From the NCBI GenBank assembly GCA_047967505.1, contig CM106538.1: a DNA stretch of 64,000 nt; one strand, given 5' to 3'. The translations under genes and the position numbers were made by a program. Below the pieces are notes generated by a model, which was not told the origin of the DNA, searched no databases, and saw nothing but the letters and a program-made list of their open reading frames with translations. The DNA is from Dipteris shenzhenensis (Eukaryota). Below, in pieces: positions 12,722-25,689 of the stretch. Each line of letters begins with the position of its first letter. Within the stretch, counting starts at the first letter, position 1.

Positions 12722-13953
12722 TGCGGGAGTACATCATGCAATGCATGAGGAAAAAATAGCTCAAAATGAGCTAATAAAAAACCCAAGGTGGAGGCTGAAA
12801 ATGCCACCTCAACCCTGAGGGAGACTTAGAGAAGAAAGAAGATCCTCTCCAAACTCTAAAAAAAGTAACTCTCTGGCAGTAGCTACTCTAGAGGATCCCT
12901 GCATGCTCGCCCATATGGCCATCAAAGTGTGTACTGTGTCAGACCAAATGCTGGCCATAACCTGAGAAGGGTGAATACCCTCTATCGCCTTTGTGCACTT
13001 GGCTCTCCAAATATGCCAAGCTGCAATGCTAGCCAGAATCTCCCATGACATGTCTACTGAGGCATGAGCATCTTTGAAAGGAGTGAAGGGAACATCCTGG
13101 AGGGAACAAGACTCCACTGAGTGTCACCGTACAATGAGAGCTAGATCTAGATCATGTCCCTCGAAAAACACCCGGGGGCCAGTAAGAGATAGCCAAGCCA
13201 TTGAACCCCACATCATATAGAAAGGTGTAGTATGAAAGATTTTGAAAATCCTAGCAACACCTTTCCAGATCGTCCTTGCAATGTGACAATGAGGAAAAGT
13301 AGGGTCAGCCCCTCATCAATCCATTCCACAAGAATCTAATAGGGGAACCACCATATAACCAGCATCTCCAAGACCCCAGCGCAAGGAGATGAGGATCGGG
13401 TCAAGATACCACTGTGAGTCCTTGCCCCACTCCATGAAACCTGCAATCCTGACAGGCTAAAAGGTAACCTCCAAAAGAATATCATCAAAGGATCTGGTAA
13501 GTCTACCTCCCGATTGAACATTAAAAACTAGGGTATCCTCATGTGCGTCGTGCAGGGAAATAATCTGTAAGGGAATGCCTATCCCTGAGAACGCTCCCCA
13601 CCAAGTGGACTCTGTGATTGGCATGTCATCTATGTCAATCCACTCTGGCAGAATGGCTACCTCCATCTATTGTATCTTGAGACTGCACTCCCTCTGAGGT
13701 GCCCAACTGCTAAAAGTCTCTGATACTCTGGAAGTCTCCTAAAGGCCTACCAGGCGCCTACTATAGAAGCAGGTCCCCTCTCCCATCTAGACCACTGTGT
13801 ATAATGTGACACTCCAAGTGGCCTGCCATGGTCATCGAGTCATTCCACATGACTGGCTGCCTGTGAATTTCTTCATGACAGGTGGGTGGAACTCTATGAA
13901 GAGTGTTTCTGAAGCTGTCCCAAGCTTTCAGAATAGCAGCCATGAGAGGGGAA
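12721..13953 (-). mobile_element. LINE family A, copy 2 (3' fragment with internal deletions)
   Basis: MAAILKAWDSFR and ILASIAAWHIWRAKC...WHFQP match copies at 41-46 kb, 53-57 kb and 58-60 kb. The 3' UTR motif gatgtactcccgcac is also present at ~56811-56825. Confidence 0.9.
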
Positions 13954-14629
13954 GATTATCCATTTTGATAATGTCAGTCTCTTGTAAATCCTTGTTTACT
14001 ATCCCCTTGTCATCCCCATGAGCTAGACTATAGTGAGCTAGATTGTGGATCATTTCATGATCATTGAAGGCAATGAATGCAATCATTGATTCTCATCTTA
14101 ATATCTAATGCCTAAGAAAACATATTTTGAGTGGTAGATATTCGGTGCCTCTTGCCAAAAAGAGGCTTGGAGGTTTGGACTTCGACCTCCTCCTCTCTAT
14201 TAGGGTTTGAGTGATCTCTAGTGAGGTGAGCTGAACTACAAAGACCCTTTTCCACAGATGACCCCTTGCATTATATCCCCTCTAATGTTAGGCTACCTTC
14301 AACTCAATCTCAAACCTTGCAGTGTTCATCCCACCACTAAATGACCTTGGAGTTCTCGTACTTCATGTTCTCTTACTTTTCCTTGGTGGAAAGATAAATT
14401 CAAAAGCTAGTGTGGATCAAGGATACTACCATATCTCTAATGGACCTAAGACTCACCTTCTAGAATATCTTTTCCCAAATGAAACAAAGCTTTGTGGAGT
14501 AACTACTAGCCGAGATCTGGAAAAGGGATGGAGAACCAAGAGCAACATGGCAAGAAGAAAAAAGGGAGTAAATAGCCCAGCAAGAATGAAATGAGAAAAA
14601 AGTAGGCCTGAGGACCAACCCAAAAGGAA

Positions 14630-14813
14630 TGTAGAGGTATACAATGATATGGTGGTGTAGGAGTCTATCTTGTGTGTTAGTACTTGGACTATATATACCA
14701 AGTACTTGTACTTCATTTGGCTGAACATTTTAGTTGGAATTTACTTGTTCACTTCTTGTTCTCTTGTATTCACAATCCATCTCCATTCTTGTTCCTACGT
14801 GTGGAATCAGAAC
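14630..14813 (+). mobile_element. Partial 5' LTR + degenerate tRNA-Met PBS of Copia C1
   Basis: 14630-14799 is homologous to the 3' half of the LTR at 25364-25688. Followed by TGGaATCAGAaC at 14802-14813 (canonical TGGTATCAGAGC). Confidence 0.7.
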
Positions 14814-15716
14814 TGTTGCGGAGAAGAAGATTCCATTGTTGGTTGACTGCTCCTTTGTTCACCCACATCTTGTGAGAGCTCCCTTGAGCTTATTCTGCTG
14901 CTCCGTACTCATTTCACCCATACCTGCTCGTATATCTACTCCTGTACTCCAGTCATCAACTTGGACATACAATCCGCCCGTAACTTGCCATACAGCCAAT
15001 CCGTACCATCCCGTATGACTGTACGGAATCAGCATCTCCCACCATCGGCTGTCCGTATAACTCATACCAGCTCGTCGTACAATGCCCGTACTTCTCCCGC
15101 CACATGTCCGTACAACACGTACCAGCCCATACAACAGTATAGACTGTATCCATACAGTTTGTACCATCGCAACTTGTCATCAGCACCCGGACCTGCAATT
15201 CGCCATTTGCCTCGCCATTGACGTATTTTTCACTTGCAAAAGCACTGCTCTTGCCTTGGTCCTTGCATCTGCTCATTTCGAGCCTCTTCCAGGTTGTATT
15301 TGCAGTTTGTACTTGCAGCCCGTACTTTCAGTTTCCTTGCACAGGTGTCCTCGGAGTACTTGGAGTACAGGTGCATTTGGAGAGTTTTAGTGTGTGCATT
15401 TGGGACAGTTTTGGGGCTGCATATTCAGCTCATCGAAATGATGCAAGACAGGGTCGTTTATGTTTGGGCAGTGCCAAAATGTCAACAAGCGTCAAAATCG
15501 GACCGGAGAAATCACTAGGACACCGGAGTACTTGATGGTGAGGAACCATGGCGAGGCTAAGGGAAGGGAGGCTCTACCTTAGACGAGAGGGGAGCTTCCA
15601 TTTGCGGGCTTTTCTCATCCTCTAGATAGAGCAAGAAGAAGGGGAAGGTAGGAAGGCTGGTACCACATGAAGGAACATGGTGGAAAGAGGGAGAGAGAGA
15701 GAGGGTAGGCTAGGGA

Positions 15717-18700
15717 GAAAGAAAGAAGAAAGAAATTTTATTAGAGTCTTCGAAAGATCGATGGGTCTATGAGACTGAAAGAAAACCTCATACAAATCAC
15801 AGTAAGGGTGGAGCTACTGAAACGAGCATCATCACTCATGCTGAATCCTAAGTCTGATCATACATAATCAAATCAAATACATCTGGATGTAACAATGAAA
15901 AGAAAAGGACTAGAGCAGAGCGGAATCCTCCGTATGTCATGTCGCCCTAGTTGGTGCATAGCCGGTGATGGGACGCTAGTGCCCGTCAAGGGGTGTTGTA
16001 CGTCTCGATCTCCTGGACGAGGCTCGATGCAAGACCAGAGCCACTGTGACTCCCATGGGACGGTATCCTGGGTCTAAACAATGATGGGAGGTCCCCCAGA
16101 GTGATTTGTGTGTCCCCTCAATGTCTTGTGTGTCGTGCTGCAGTCATCGGGTCGCGGTCCCTGTCACGTCTGCGGCTAGAGACTGGACAATCAATGTCAC
16201 TCGATGAGAAGAACTCTGTGATTCTGCTCTGAGAGGTGTTTAATGATGTGGCCAAGCCCCCGTCGCTTGAGTAAGTACTCTCTGTGTCGGACCCCCTCGT
16301 GAATGAAGGCCGCGAGGCATCTCTGATCTGGGTAGGCGAGGAATCTGGAAAGGAGCCCGGAGTTGTCTCTAAAGAGACAATGGTAGCGACCACGGATCTC
16401 GTAGTACACTGGGCACCTGAAAATAAAATGCTCCTCCAGCTCGACCTCCTGACAATCGCACAATATGCATAAGCGATGCTCCCTAGGAATCCCCTTTGCT
16501 CTGCCGCTCTCTATGCGGAGGCGGTGTGATGATACCCGAAACTGTCCGATGGAGATCCGTAGTGAGTGAGGCATATGAAGCTCAGTGTACCCCGGTGGTG
16601 TGATGAATCCCTCCTTCGAAATACGAAGACAGTAATCTCTATAGAAACTCAGCTTCACTGGAAGCTCCCTCGGCTCCAACCAGGTCCTAAAGGTGTGTAG
16701 TTGCAGGAGATCCTCACGAATGACCTTGTTGGTGTGTGGCCCGCCAATCAAGATGGTGGGTGGGAGTACCGGAGGGGCATCTAAACTGTACTGAAAAGGA
16801 GGTATCCTATCGATATGGAACCCTAGTCTCACAAACCACCTGTGAGTCTGTGCATACCAGCATCGCTCGTCTCCCTCTGTTGCCAACCTCATGGAGGAAT
16901 CGAGAGCCAACCATGGCAACCTCTGTCTCCCTGATGTGCAGTCCCCATATGATCTAACCCGGTGTAGATATATAATGGTCTGAAAGGCTGCATCTAGCTG
17001 GAGTAGAGAAGCACCAAACTCAGCCTGAATGATGTGATGTGGTACATACGGTTTCCCCCGGATCATCCGTGAGAGCATGAGGATCTGCAAGCGCTCCACC
17101 TGTGTCCACTCTATCTCTGACATGTCAGGCGCCCAACAAGTGCTGCCATACATACCGGCTGGTCGGACCAAGGAGTCGAAGAGAAGAGCCTTGGTCCGAG
17201 GGTCCTGGAAGTGGGAGTGGAAGCATTGTCTCTCTAGCCGAGCCAGTGAGGCGTATCCCTTGCTCAGTCTGGCCTACATCGCTAGTCTCATCATAAAGAT
17301 CGACGGGCCGGAGAAGATGACCCCCAAGTAAGTGTATGAGGATACGATCTCAACTGGTGACCCACCGAAAGTAAAAGTAAACTGCTTCCGTTGCATGTTT
17401 GCTCGAGAGGTGTTAAAGATCATGACCTTGGTCTTGCCAAGGTTGACCTCCAAATCATGGGATAAACAAAAAGCCTGCAGTGCATCTAGGTGTCGCTGGA
17501 GCCCCTCGGGTGTGGATGACAAGAGTGCCACGTCATCTACATAAAGAAGAATCCTGATGATGATCCCGGCAAGTGAGCAACCGGTCCCTCCGAATGCCCC
17601 CATGAAAGTCTCAAGCTCATCGATGTAGAGGCCAAACAGGGTCGGTGATAAGGACAACCCTGTTTGACTCCTATGGTACTTAAGATCTCATCTGTCCAAC
17701 CTGCGCCTGTCCGAACTCAGCCTGAGACTCTCTCATACAGTGCCATGATTGCCCAGATGATCTCCTGATCAAATCCCAGTGTCTGTAGGCGTGTGATGAG
17801 ATGAGCTCGAGGTACTGTGTTAAAGGCTTTGCGAAAATCCACAAAGCAGCAATATACCCTCTCCTTCAGTGATCTGGCCTCCTCAATGACACTCTTGAGT
17901 GTATGTGATCCATAGTCCCATGGTCTCGCCTGTGGCCGGCCTGACCCTCTATTCTAAACCCTCTCATCTCTACAAACAGGCTAACCGACGCATCCAATAC
18001 AGATGCATAGATCTTGGACATCACATGTCCAATCATGATAGTCCTGTAGTTACTCGGGTCCATGGGATCCCCTGCCTTATGGATGGGGGTGATGGTGTTG
18101 AGTGTCCACGTGCGGGGGAAGCCAAGGCAAATAGCGTCATTGAATAACTTTGCTAGGATCGGGGCCTAACGGGTCGATCCCATATGCGATAAACTCAGTA
18201 CATAGCCCCTCGTGATCCTTAGCTTGACCATTGTGCAGTTTCAATGTGGCGTCCTTGACTCCCCCTCTGGTGAACAACTCGTGGTGGTGCTAGTGTTGTC
18301 TCGCATGATCCCTCGTATCCAGATGTTAAGGGCCTTTGAAGCCCTCTGCTACTGCTCCTATATGGCAGCTGAAACGGTTGCCTTTGCGGGCTCCCATTTC
18401 GCCACATCCACCCATCTAGTCGTCTCTGCTATAGCCGATTGTATCGTGGCTATCTGTGCCTCCATCTCTGTGACTGGGGTCCCTCCAGGCGCTGCTCTGA
18501 GGGTCCCGAGCTCCTCTTGAAGCTATGTGATGTTGTGCCTGAGTCCCTGGATAAGGGTGCCCCACTCATGTATAATGCGGGCATAATGCGGGCCTGCTCC
18601 TAGGTGTATCGGGCCTGCTCCTGGGTGTAATGTGTCAGCTCTACCTGACGGGCCCAGATGTTGTGTATCTCAGCCAATAGGGGGTCCCAAGCATCTGGTG

Positions 18701-20040
18701 GGGGCTTAAGATGTCCTGGTCCAGGTGGGAACTGGATCTCAAGAGGGGTTGGAATGAAGGTGGGCTGCTAAGGTTGTACTGAGGGTGGGGACAGCATGAT
18801 CTGGGCGGGGGAGTGGTATGTAGGAGTAGCGAGGCCAGACGAGGTGATGAAGGGTGGCTGACTGAGAGGTAAGGTGATACAAGGGGAAAGTACTGTGGAG
18901 CTGTGGCCGGTGGGGCCAGTGGTGAGGCTACTGGAGAGGAGACCTGTGATGATGATGTAGGAGAGGGGGAGGAGAGAGGTGGCGTAGATGATGAGGCGAA
19001 TGATGGTGGTGAAATAGTGGTGGCAACCATAGAGGTCGAGGATGTGGTGAGCGGCATGGGCTTTGGGTGGGCCCCTTTCTTTTGGGCCGCGGTGCTATCT
19101 ACTGTCAAACCACTCTAGTTGCTGTGTTTGTTGAAGTCCTCCAGATTGAGTTGCTTTTGTGTTTTCACCTTGTCACCGTTCCCCTTCCCCATCTCCACGC
19201 GTATGCAAATTTGGACCGAAGGGTCTCCTGCCTAGTCTTCTGTCCTCATCCCCCTTTTCCCTTCATTATGGGGGAGGCAGTAGCGGGCAAAGAAGGGATT
19301 GCAGTAGGTCGGAGCTGTTGGAGAACCCCTGCTCGCAGCTCCGACCTTTTTTATTTTATAAATATAATTATATTTATTTTTAAAGAAAAACGAGAGGGGG
19401 GGTCGCTCATGGGGGAGGCAGCAACGGGCAAAGAAGGGATTGCAATAGGTCGGAGCTGTTGGAGAACCCCCGCTCACAGCTCTGACCTTTTTTATTTTAT
19501 AAATATAATTATATTTATTTTTAAAGAAAAACGAGAAGGGGGGGGGCTGAGCAAGGGGTAGCGAGGGGGTAGCGGAGGGGTAGCGGGGGGGTAGCGGGGG
19601 TAGCAGAGGGGGTAGCGGGCGGGGGTAGTGGGGGTAGCGGAGGGGGTAGCAGAGGGGTAGCGGGGGGGCAGCGAGGGGGTAGGGAGGGGGTAGCGGAGGG
19701 GGTAGCGAGGGGGTACGGAGGGGGTAGCGAGGGGGTAGCAGAGGGGGTAGCGAGGGGGTACGGAGGGATAGCGGAGGGGGTAGCGAGGGGGTAGCAGAGA
19801 GAGCAGGGGGTAGCGGGAGAGAGGGAGAGAGAGAGAGAGTAGGGGGTAGTGCAGGGGGTAGCGAGGGGTAGCGGAGGGGGTAGCGAGGGGGTACGGAGGG
19901 GTAGCGGAGGGGGTAGTGAGGGGGTAGCAGAGAGAGCAGGGGGTAGCAGGGGAAGCGCAGCGGGTAGCGAGGGGTAGCAGACATAGCAGGGGGTAGCGGG
20001 AGAGAGAGAGCGGGGGGTAGCGCAGGGGGAGCAGAGGGGG
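15717..20040 (-). mobile_element. RTE/RTEX-type non-LTR retrotransposon, endonuclease region deleted, (TTTC)n tail
   Basis: RT motifs PSNYRTIMI, FVDFRKAFN, LSPTLFGLYIDEL, LLYVDD, KTKVMIF, YTYLGV. C-terminus HRLRIESGR...LCILC...EEHFIFRC. Coiled-coil ORF1 remnant at ~18300-18550. AATAAAA + (TTTC)n tail at 15717-15742. Clade assignment is from motif memory. Confidence 0.85.
19268..19549. repeat. Two tandem 141-bp units, each with a GC-rich inverted repeat and a 20-bp AT palindrome
   Basis: Units start at 19268 and 19409. Stem AGGTCGGAGCTG / CAGCTCCGACCT at 19306-19347. Palindrome ATAAATATAATTATATTTAT at 19358-19377. Confidence 0.9.
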
Positions 20041-20045
20041 TAGAG
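19550..20045 (+). repeat. G-rich degenerate minisatellite (GGGGGTAGCG[A/G]A-like units)
   Basis: Read directly: dozens of G4-G7 runs separated by TAGC/TAGCGA. Confidence 0.9.
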
Positions 20046-20372
20046 AGAATTTAAGGAGGTGCAACACCAAAAGCACCTCTACACAATTAAGACAAACTTT
20101 TCCTATGATACATAATGAAATGGAAATGAAATGACTAGAGCAATGAACAAAAATGAGAGTACTCACATGTAGACCAAAGAGCTTGTAGCTTGATACTTGA
20201 TTGATTTGACACTAGACAAGTATAGCTCTTATATAAGAGTGCACACACACATATGAACACCTATGCATATGGGATAACTCCCAATATGACACGTGGCATC
20301 CATAGGACACACTAGACTAGAACTCACACTAGAACACACATTTTTGACTCACTTTGGCTTCATATTTCAACA

Positions 20373-23300
20373 GACAAAGGTGCAAAGGTGAAGAAAGGTA
20401 GATGCAATCATTGCAAAAAGCATGGTGATTGCAAAGTGCTAGAAATGGATTGCCAATGAGAAAAAGAGGCAATGCACAAGTAGTAATTATGTTGCACCAG
20501 CTAAGAATGCAAATACTTAACCATCTCATCAAATTTTGCACAAGAGAAAAAGGATTTTATATTTACTGCATTTCAGGACAGATTTGGTACCAGGGGGGAT
20601 TTAATTGCATATGATGCTTCTCATGCTTCATCTAGTGATTCTTCATTTTATTGGATTAAAAGAAAGGGTATGAGATTCTGGCTACAGTGCTCTTATGAGA
20701 CCAGCATGGGTCTTTCCAAAGCTTGATGCTTAGCCCTATAATCAGCATGCTTTGGCTATCTCGTATGCTACTCGGTGATTTATGGCATGCCAGGTTTGGT
20801 CTTGCGCATCACAGAGCTTTGGTATATTTGCATAATCATAATATGGTTGAAGGTTTGCCAAAATTACAGTAGCCCGCTCAAGAGGTGTGTGAAGCGTGTG
20901 CACTTGGAAAGCTACATCGCCTACCTTTCAAAAAGGATAGTCCAAGTTTGCAGATTGTGCATAGTGATGTTTGTGGACCAATGAATGTAAATACCCATAG
21001 AGGGTATCGGTACTTTGTGACATTCATTGATGACGATTCCAGGTTCATGTGCCTCTTTCTTATGAAATGCAAATTTGAAGTGTTCAATTGGTTCAAGGCA
21101 TTGGCTCAAAACCAAGCCAATTCTAGAATTGGAACACTCAATTCCGCCAATGGGGGAGAGTACACTTCAAATGCCTTAGAAGGGAACTTGAAAGAGCACG
21201 GGATAAGGCATCACAAAATAGTGCCATACACGCCTCAACACAATCCGATCGTAGAGAAGAAGAACAAGATTCTCATGAAGATGACATGGTGTATGCTGAC
21301 ATTTAAGAAAATGTCAAAAGCATTTTGGGGTGAGGCAATAATTACAGCCACATATATTCAGAATCAATGCCCTACACAATCATTGCTTGATAAGACGCCT
21401 TTTGAGGCATTTTATGCTACAAGCCCAAGGTGAATCATTTCAGGGTATTTGGGTGAGATGCACATGCTTTGGTACCGGCTTTGATCCAAACTTGATGATA
21501 ACAGCACTAAATGCATCTTTATGGGGTATTGCATTGAAAGTAGAGGCTTCACGCTTTATGATCCAGCCACAAGGAAAGTAATCATAAGCAGGGATGTTTT
21601 ATTTGTTGAGCATGATAGCATGCAGCCCATCAATGAGGATTTGCCTCCATATGATGATACATCTCTGGATATTATTTAGTTTTAGGATGATGCTGATTTA
21701 AGTCCTTCAGTTGATTTGGGTTCTCCAGTTGATAATCTCTCTATCTCTAAGACTCCAGCTGAGTTGCCTCATGGTGCTTCTCCCTTGAATGTTTCATATT
21801 TGCAGCCAGCTCATGGAGAGGGATAACCCAATACTTGGAAGCACTATCACCATCATGCAAAGGATGCAACTCCGGGTGCACTTCCAGTTGCTATTCCCAG
21901 TGGTACTTGGTATCTAGATTCTTCAATTGTTGTTGCCATAGATACTTGGTATCTAGATAGTCATTTATCGAAGCACATGACTCACCGGAAAGAGTGGTTT
22001 GAAGAAATCAAACATATTCATGGCAGACATGTTACTTGTGCTAATGATGCAACTCAAGACATCATAGGAGTGGGAGATGTTTCCATCCTTTTGGATTCAG
22101 GAAAGAAAAAGTATATCTGTGATGTCTGGTTCCATCCATGGCCCATGATCAGCACAGTCTTGTGGAATTTCAGGATGATCAATGCAAGATCAAGGATCCA
22201 AAGAAAGGGTATAAGATTGTGGCTACAGGCTCTTATGAGGCCAGCATGGGTCTTTTACAAGCTTGATGCTCAGCCCTATAATTAGCATGCTTTGGTTGTC
22301 TCTTATGCTACTCCTGGTGATTTATGGTATTCCAGGTTTATTCTTGTGCATCACAAAGCTTTGGCATATCTGAGTGTAGGTACCTCAAAGGATTAAGGAA
22401 GCTTCTTCCAGAGTATACCTCGGGGGAACCTCTAGTTGCTGCAATCAACAAAACGGTACCCATAACTTCTGGCCCAACAGGAGTACATCCTGCTCCCCCT
22501 CTTGCACGAGCATCTAAGCCACCTCCTCCTCCTATCATGCTGCCTCCATTGCTTCCGACTCCCCCTTTGCTCCAAGCTCCTGCGCCCAATTCAATTGGTT
22601 CCCCTTATTTCTATCCTCAGCCTTACTATGCACCGTACCAACCACCTATGTTAGGAGGTGGCTATGGACCCACATCGCCTACCTTTCCAAAAGGATGGCC
22701 CAGGTACAGTAAGAGCACACATGGTTTTGAAGATTGTGCATAGTGACGTTTGTAGACCACTGAATGTAACTACCCATAGAGGGTATCGGTATCTTGTTAC
22801 ATTCATTGATGACTATTCCAGGTTGACATGGCTCTTTCTCATGAAATGCAAATCTCAAGTGTTCAATTGGTTCAAGGAGTTCAAAGCATCGGCTAAGAAC
22901 CAAACTAATTCTAGAATTGGAACACTCAATTCCAACAATGGAGAAGAGTACACTTCAAATTCCTTTGAAGGGTACTTGAAAGAGCATGGGACAAAGCATC
23001 ACAAAACAGTGCCATACATGCCTCAACATAATCCGATTGCAGAGAGGAAGAACCTAACTTTCATGGAGATGACACAATGTATGCTGCAATGTAAGAAAAT
23101 GTCAAAAGAATTTTGGGGTGAGGGTGAAGCAATAGTTACAGCCACATATATTCAGATTCGATGCCCTACACAAGCATTGGTGGACAGGACACCTTTTGAG
23201 GCATTTTATGCCTACAAGCCCAAGGTGAATCATTTCAGGGTATTTGGGTCAGTTGCATATGCTTTAATACTGGCTCAGAATCGATCCAAGCTTGATGATA

Positions 23301-25363
23301 AGAGCACTTAATGCATCTTTGTGGGGTATAGCACTGAAGTTCCAGGCTTCAGGCTTTATGATCCAGCCACAAGGAAAGTAATCATAAGCAAGGATGTTTT
23401 ATTTGCTGAGCATGATAGCATGCAGCCCATCAATGAGGCTTTTTGCCTCCATATGATGATACACCTTTGGATATTTTTCAGTTTGAGGATGATACGGATT
23501 TGGTTCTTTCAATTGATTTGGGTTCTCCAGTTGCTATTCCCTCTATCTCTCTTGCCACATGTTAGGGTACTTCTCCCTTGAATGTTTCAGATTTTCAACC
23601 AGATCATGGAGAGGGACAGCCCAATATTTGGAAGCACTATCACCATCGTGCAAAGGATGCAACTCTGGGTGCACTTCCAGTTGCTATTCCCAATGGTACA
23701 AGTGAAAAATCAGTTCCAAGATGGGCTAGGTTGACTCTTATAGATGCCAAAGATTAACCCACTTTAGGGAGAACTAGGGCCAGCATCAAAAGTGCTCAGA
23801 ATCAAGTCGATTTTCCCTTGATGACTAAAATGATGGAAGCTGAAAATGAACCTCAGTGTTGTGAGCATGCACAAGGACATCCCGCATGGTGGAAAGCCAT
23901 GGAATAAAAAATTCGATCCATTGACAAAAATGCTACATGGGATTTGGTTGATCCTCCCATAGGCCAGAATGTGGTTGGCACCAAATGGATCTACAAGGTC
24001 AAGTATAATGTAGATGGTACAGTTGAGAAACACAAGGCCCGTCTTGTTGCCAAGGGGTATGCTCAAGAAGAGGGAATTGACTATGAGGAGACTTTTGCTT
24101 CAGTAGCCAAAATGACTACCATTCGATGTGTCAATTCCTTAGCTACAAATTATGGTTGGTCATTCTTTCAGATGGATGTCCAGCTTGCCTTTTTGAGTGG
24201 GGATCTCAAAGAGGAGGTCTATGTGCAGCAGCCCCAAGGTTTTGTGGTGGAGGGACAATAGCACAAGTTATGCAACTGAAACAGGCATTATATGGGCTCA
24301 AGCAAGAACCTCGTGCATGATATCACAAGATATATCAATTTTTTCTGTCCCGGGGCTTTGTGAATATACATACGGAGCCCAATCTCTATGTTTTGCAAGA
24401 AAACACAGATTTGGTCATTCGTGTTCTATAAGTCAATGGCATTATACTCACTGGCAATAATTTACAGAGATAATTGCAGCAGTGAAGTCCGTCTTATTTT
24501 AAACATTTGATATGACATATTTGGGACACTTCACTATTGACGTTATATTTTGGTAGACCCAAGGGGGGATATCTATGTCATAGACAAAGTATTCAAAGGG
24601 CCTCTTGCAGAAATTTAACATGGAGAATTGTAAACCTGTGGCCATGTCATTGGAAAAAGGAATCAAGGTAAGTAAGTATGATGAGGCCGAAAAGTTTGAT
24701 GGCACACTCTATAGGCAGCTGGTGGGTAGTCTTATCTACTTATGTTCTACTAGACCAGCCATTGCCTATGCCACAGGGTTACTCAGTTAGTTCATGCATT
24801 TTCCCACAATCACACATTGGAATGCAGCAAAAAGGGTTCTCAGATATGTACATGCTCTAGATGGTGACGTATTGCTGAGTGGTTTTTCAGACTCATATTG
24901 GTTAGGAGACATTGATGACCGCGAGTCCACTTCGGGTTATTGCTTCTCATTGGGCTCCGCATGCATATCATGGCTCTTTAAGAAGCAAAGCCATGTCTCT
25001 CTCTCCTTCAGTGAAGCTGAATTTAAAGTGGCAAACATAGCCACTATGGAATGTATGTGGTTAAGGAAGCTATTGCATGATTTGCATCATGCTCAAGATG
25101 GTGAGGCATCTCCAATACTTTGTGACAGCCAGAGTTGCATCGCCATTGGCAACAATCATGTCTTTCATGCTCTCATGAAACACATTGAAAATCACTATCA
25201 TTATGTGCGGGATTGTATTTAGGATGGCTTCATTGATCTTACATATTGTTCCACTGAGGACAATGTGGTGGATATCTTCACAAAAAGCTTGTCAGCGCCT
25301 CTCTGCACACGTCGTCGACATGGCTTGGGGATCAGAGACATTCAAACAATGTCAAGGGGGAGT
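20373..25363 (+). mobile_element. Ty1/Copia element C1 internal region (degenerate, rearranged)
   Basis: Gag knuckle RCNHCKKHG (~20400). Integrase copy 1 VHSDVCGP...FIDD...GGEY (20885-21600). Protease WYLDS..KHMT (~21947). Integrase copy 2 (22675-23420). RT KWIYKVK...KARLVAKGY...QMDV...ALYGLKQ. RNase H FSDSYW...SEAEF...ILCDSQS...KHIE. PPT AAGGGGGAG at 25354-25362. Confidence 0.92.
22369..22669 (+). mobile_element. Gypsy gag fragment embedded in Copia C1
   Basis: SECRYLKGLRKLLPEY...PYFYPQP...GGGYG is clearly homologous to 31649-31943. Confidence 0.9.
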
Positions 25364-25688
25364 TGTAAAATGACATTCTTTTTCTTTGTACTCCCATAGG
25401 TTGCTATATGCACATGTGGATGGATGTGTGCAACCATGGTACTTTAGGTACTTCTGAGATCATTCCAGAGTACTTTAGCCATATCATGGAGGTGGGATTT
25501 GTAGAGATATACAATGATATGGTGGTGTGGGATAGACTAGGACTTAGTCTATTTTGTATGTTAGTACTTGAACTATATATACCAATAAGTGCTTGTACTT
25601 CATTTGGTTCAAGATTTCAGTTGGAGTTCACTTGTGTTCACTTCTTGTTCTCTTGTGTTCACAATCCATCTCCATTCTTGTTCCTACA
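25364..25688 (+). mobile_element. 3' LTR of Copia C1 (325 bp)
   Basis: TGTAAAATG...TTCCTACA directly after the PPT. Homologous to 14630-14799. Confidence 0.85.
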
Positions 25689-25689
25689 A

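Larger units (their letters stand above)
15530..20372 (-). mobile_element. Remnant of LTR family C2: PBS + 5' LTR (15668-20372) split by the RTE/RTEX insertion
   Basis: 15560-15680 aligns with the leader/PBS/LTR start at 50440-50565. PBS remnant gctggtacca at 15656-15665. LTR left part 15668-15716 matches 27229-27274. Right part 20110-20372 matches 27390-27649 and ends TTCAACA. Confidence 0.7.

Noticed and set aside
14323-14594. Possible next BOR exon (cag|TG TTC ATC..., phase-compatible, ..LNDLGVLVL..)
   Set aside because: Lacks the strongly conserved ADYGVPLMV and PRRL..PNPW motifs and runs into a stop; the resemblance is superficial.
19306-19352. Hairpin + T-run as a bacterial intrinsic terminator or canonical HDV-like ribozyme
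   Set aside because: Eukaryotic context, and I could not fit the P3/L3, P4 and J4/2 elements of the HDV fold. Kept only as a generic structured-element finding.
19232-20166. Long Pro-rich ORFs (also 46525-47029, 39074-39502, 38028-38692)
   Set aside because: Open frames are by-products of low-complexity or tandem repeats that lack stop codons.
20106-20372. Solo LTR
   Set aside because: No flanking TSD; better explained as the distal part of an LTR beginning at 15668 and split by the RTE/RTEX insertion.
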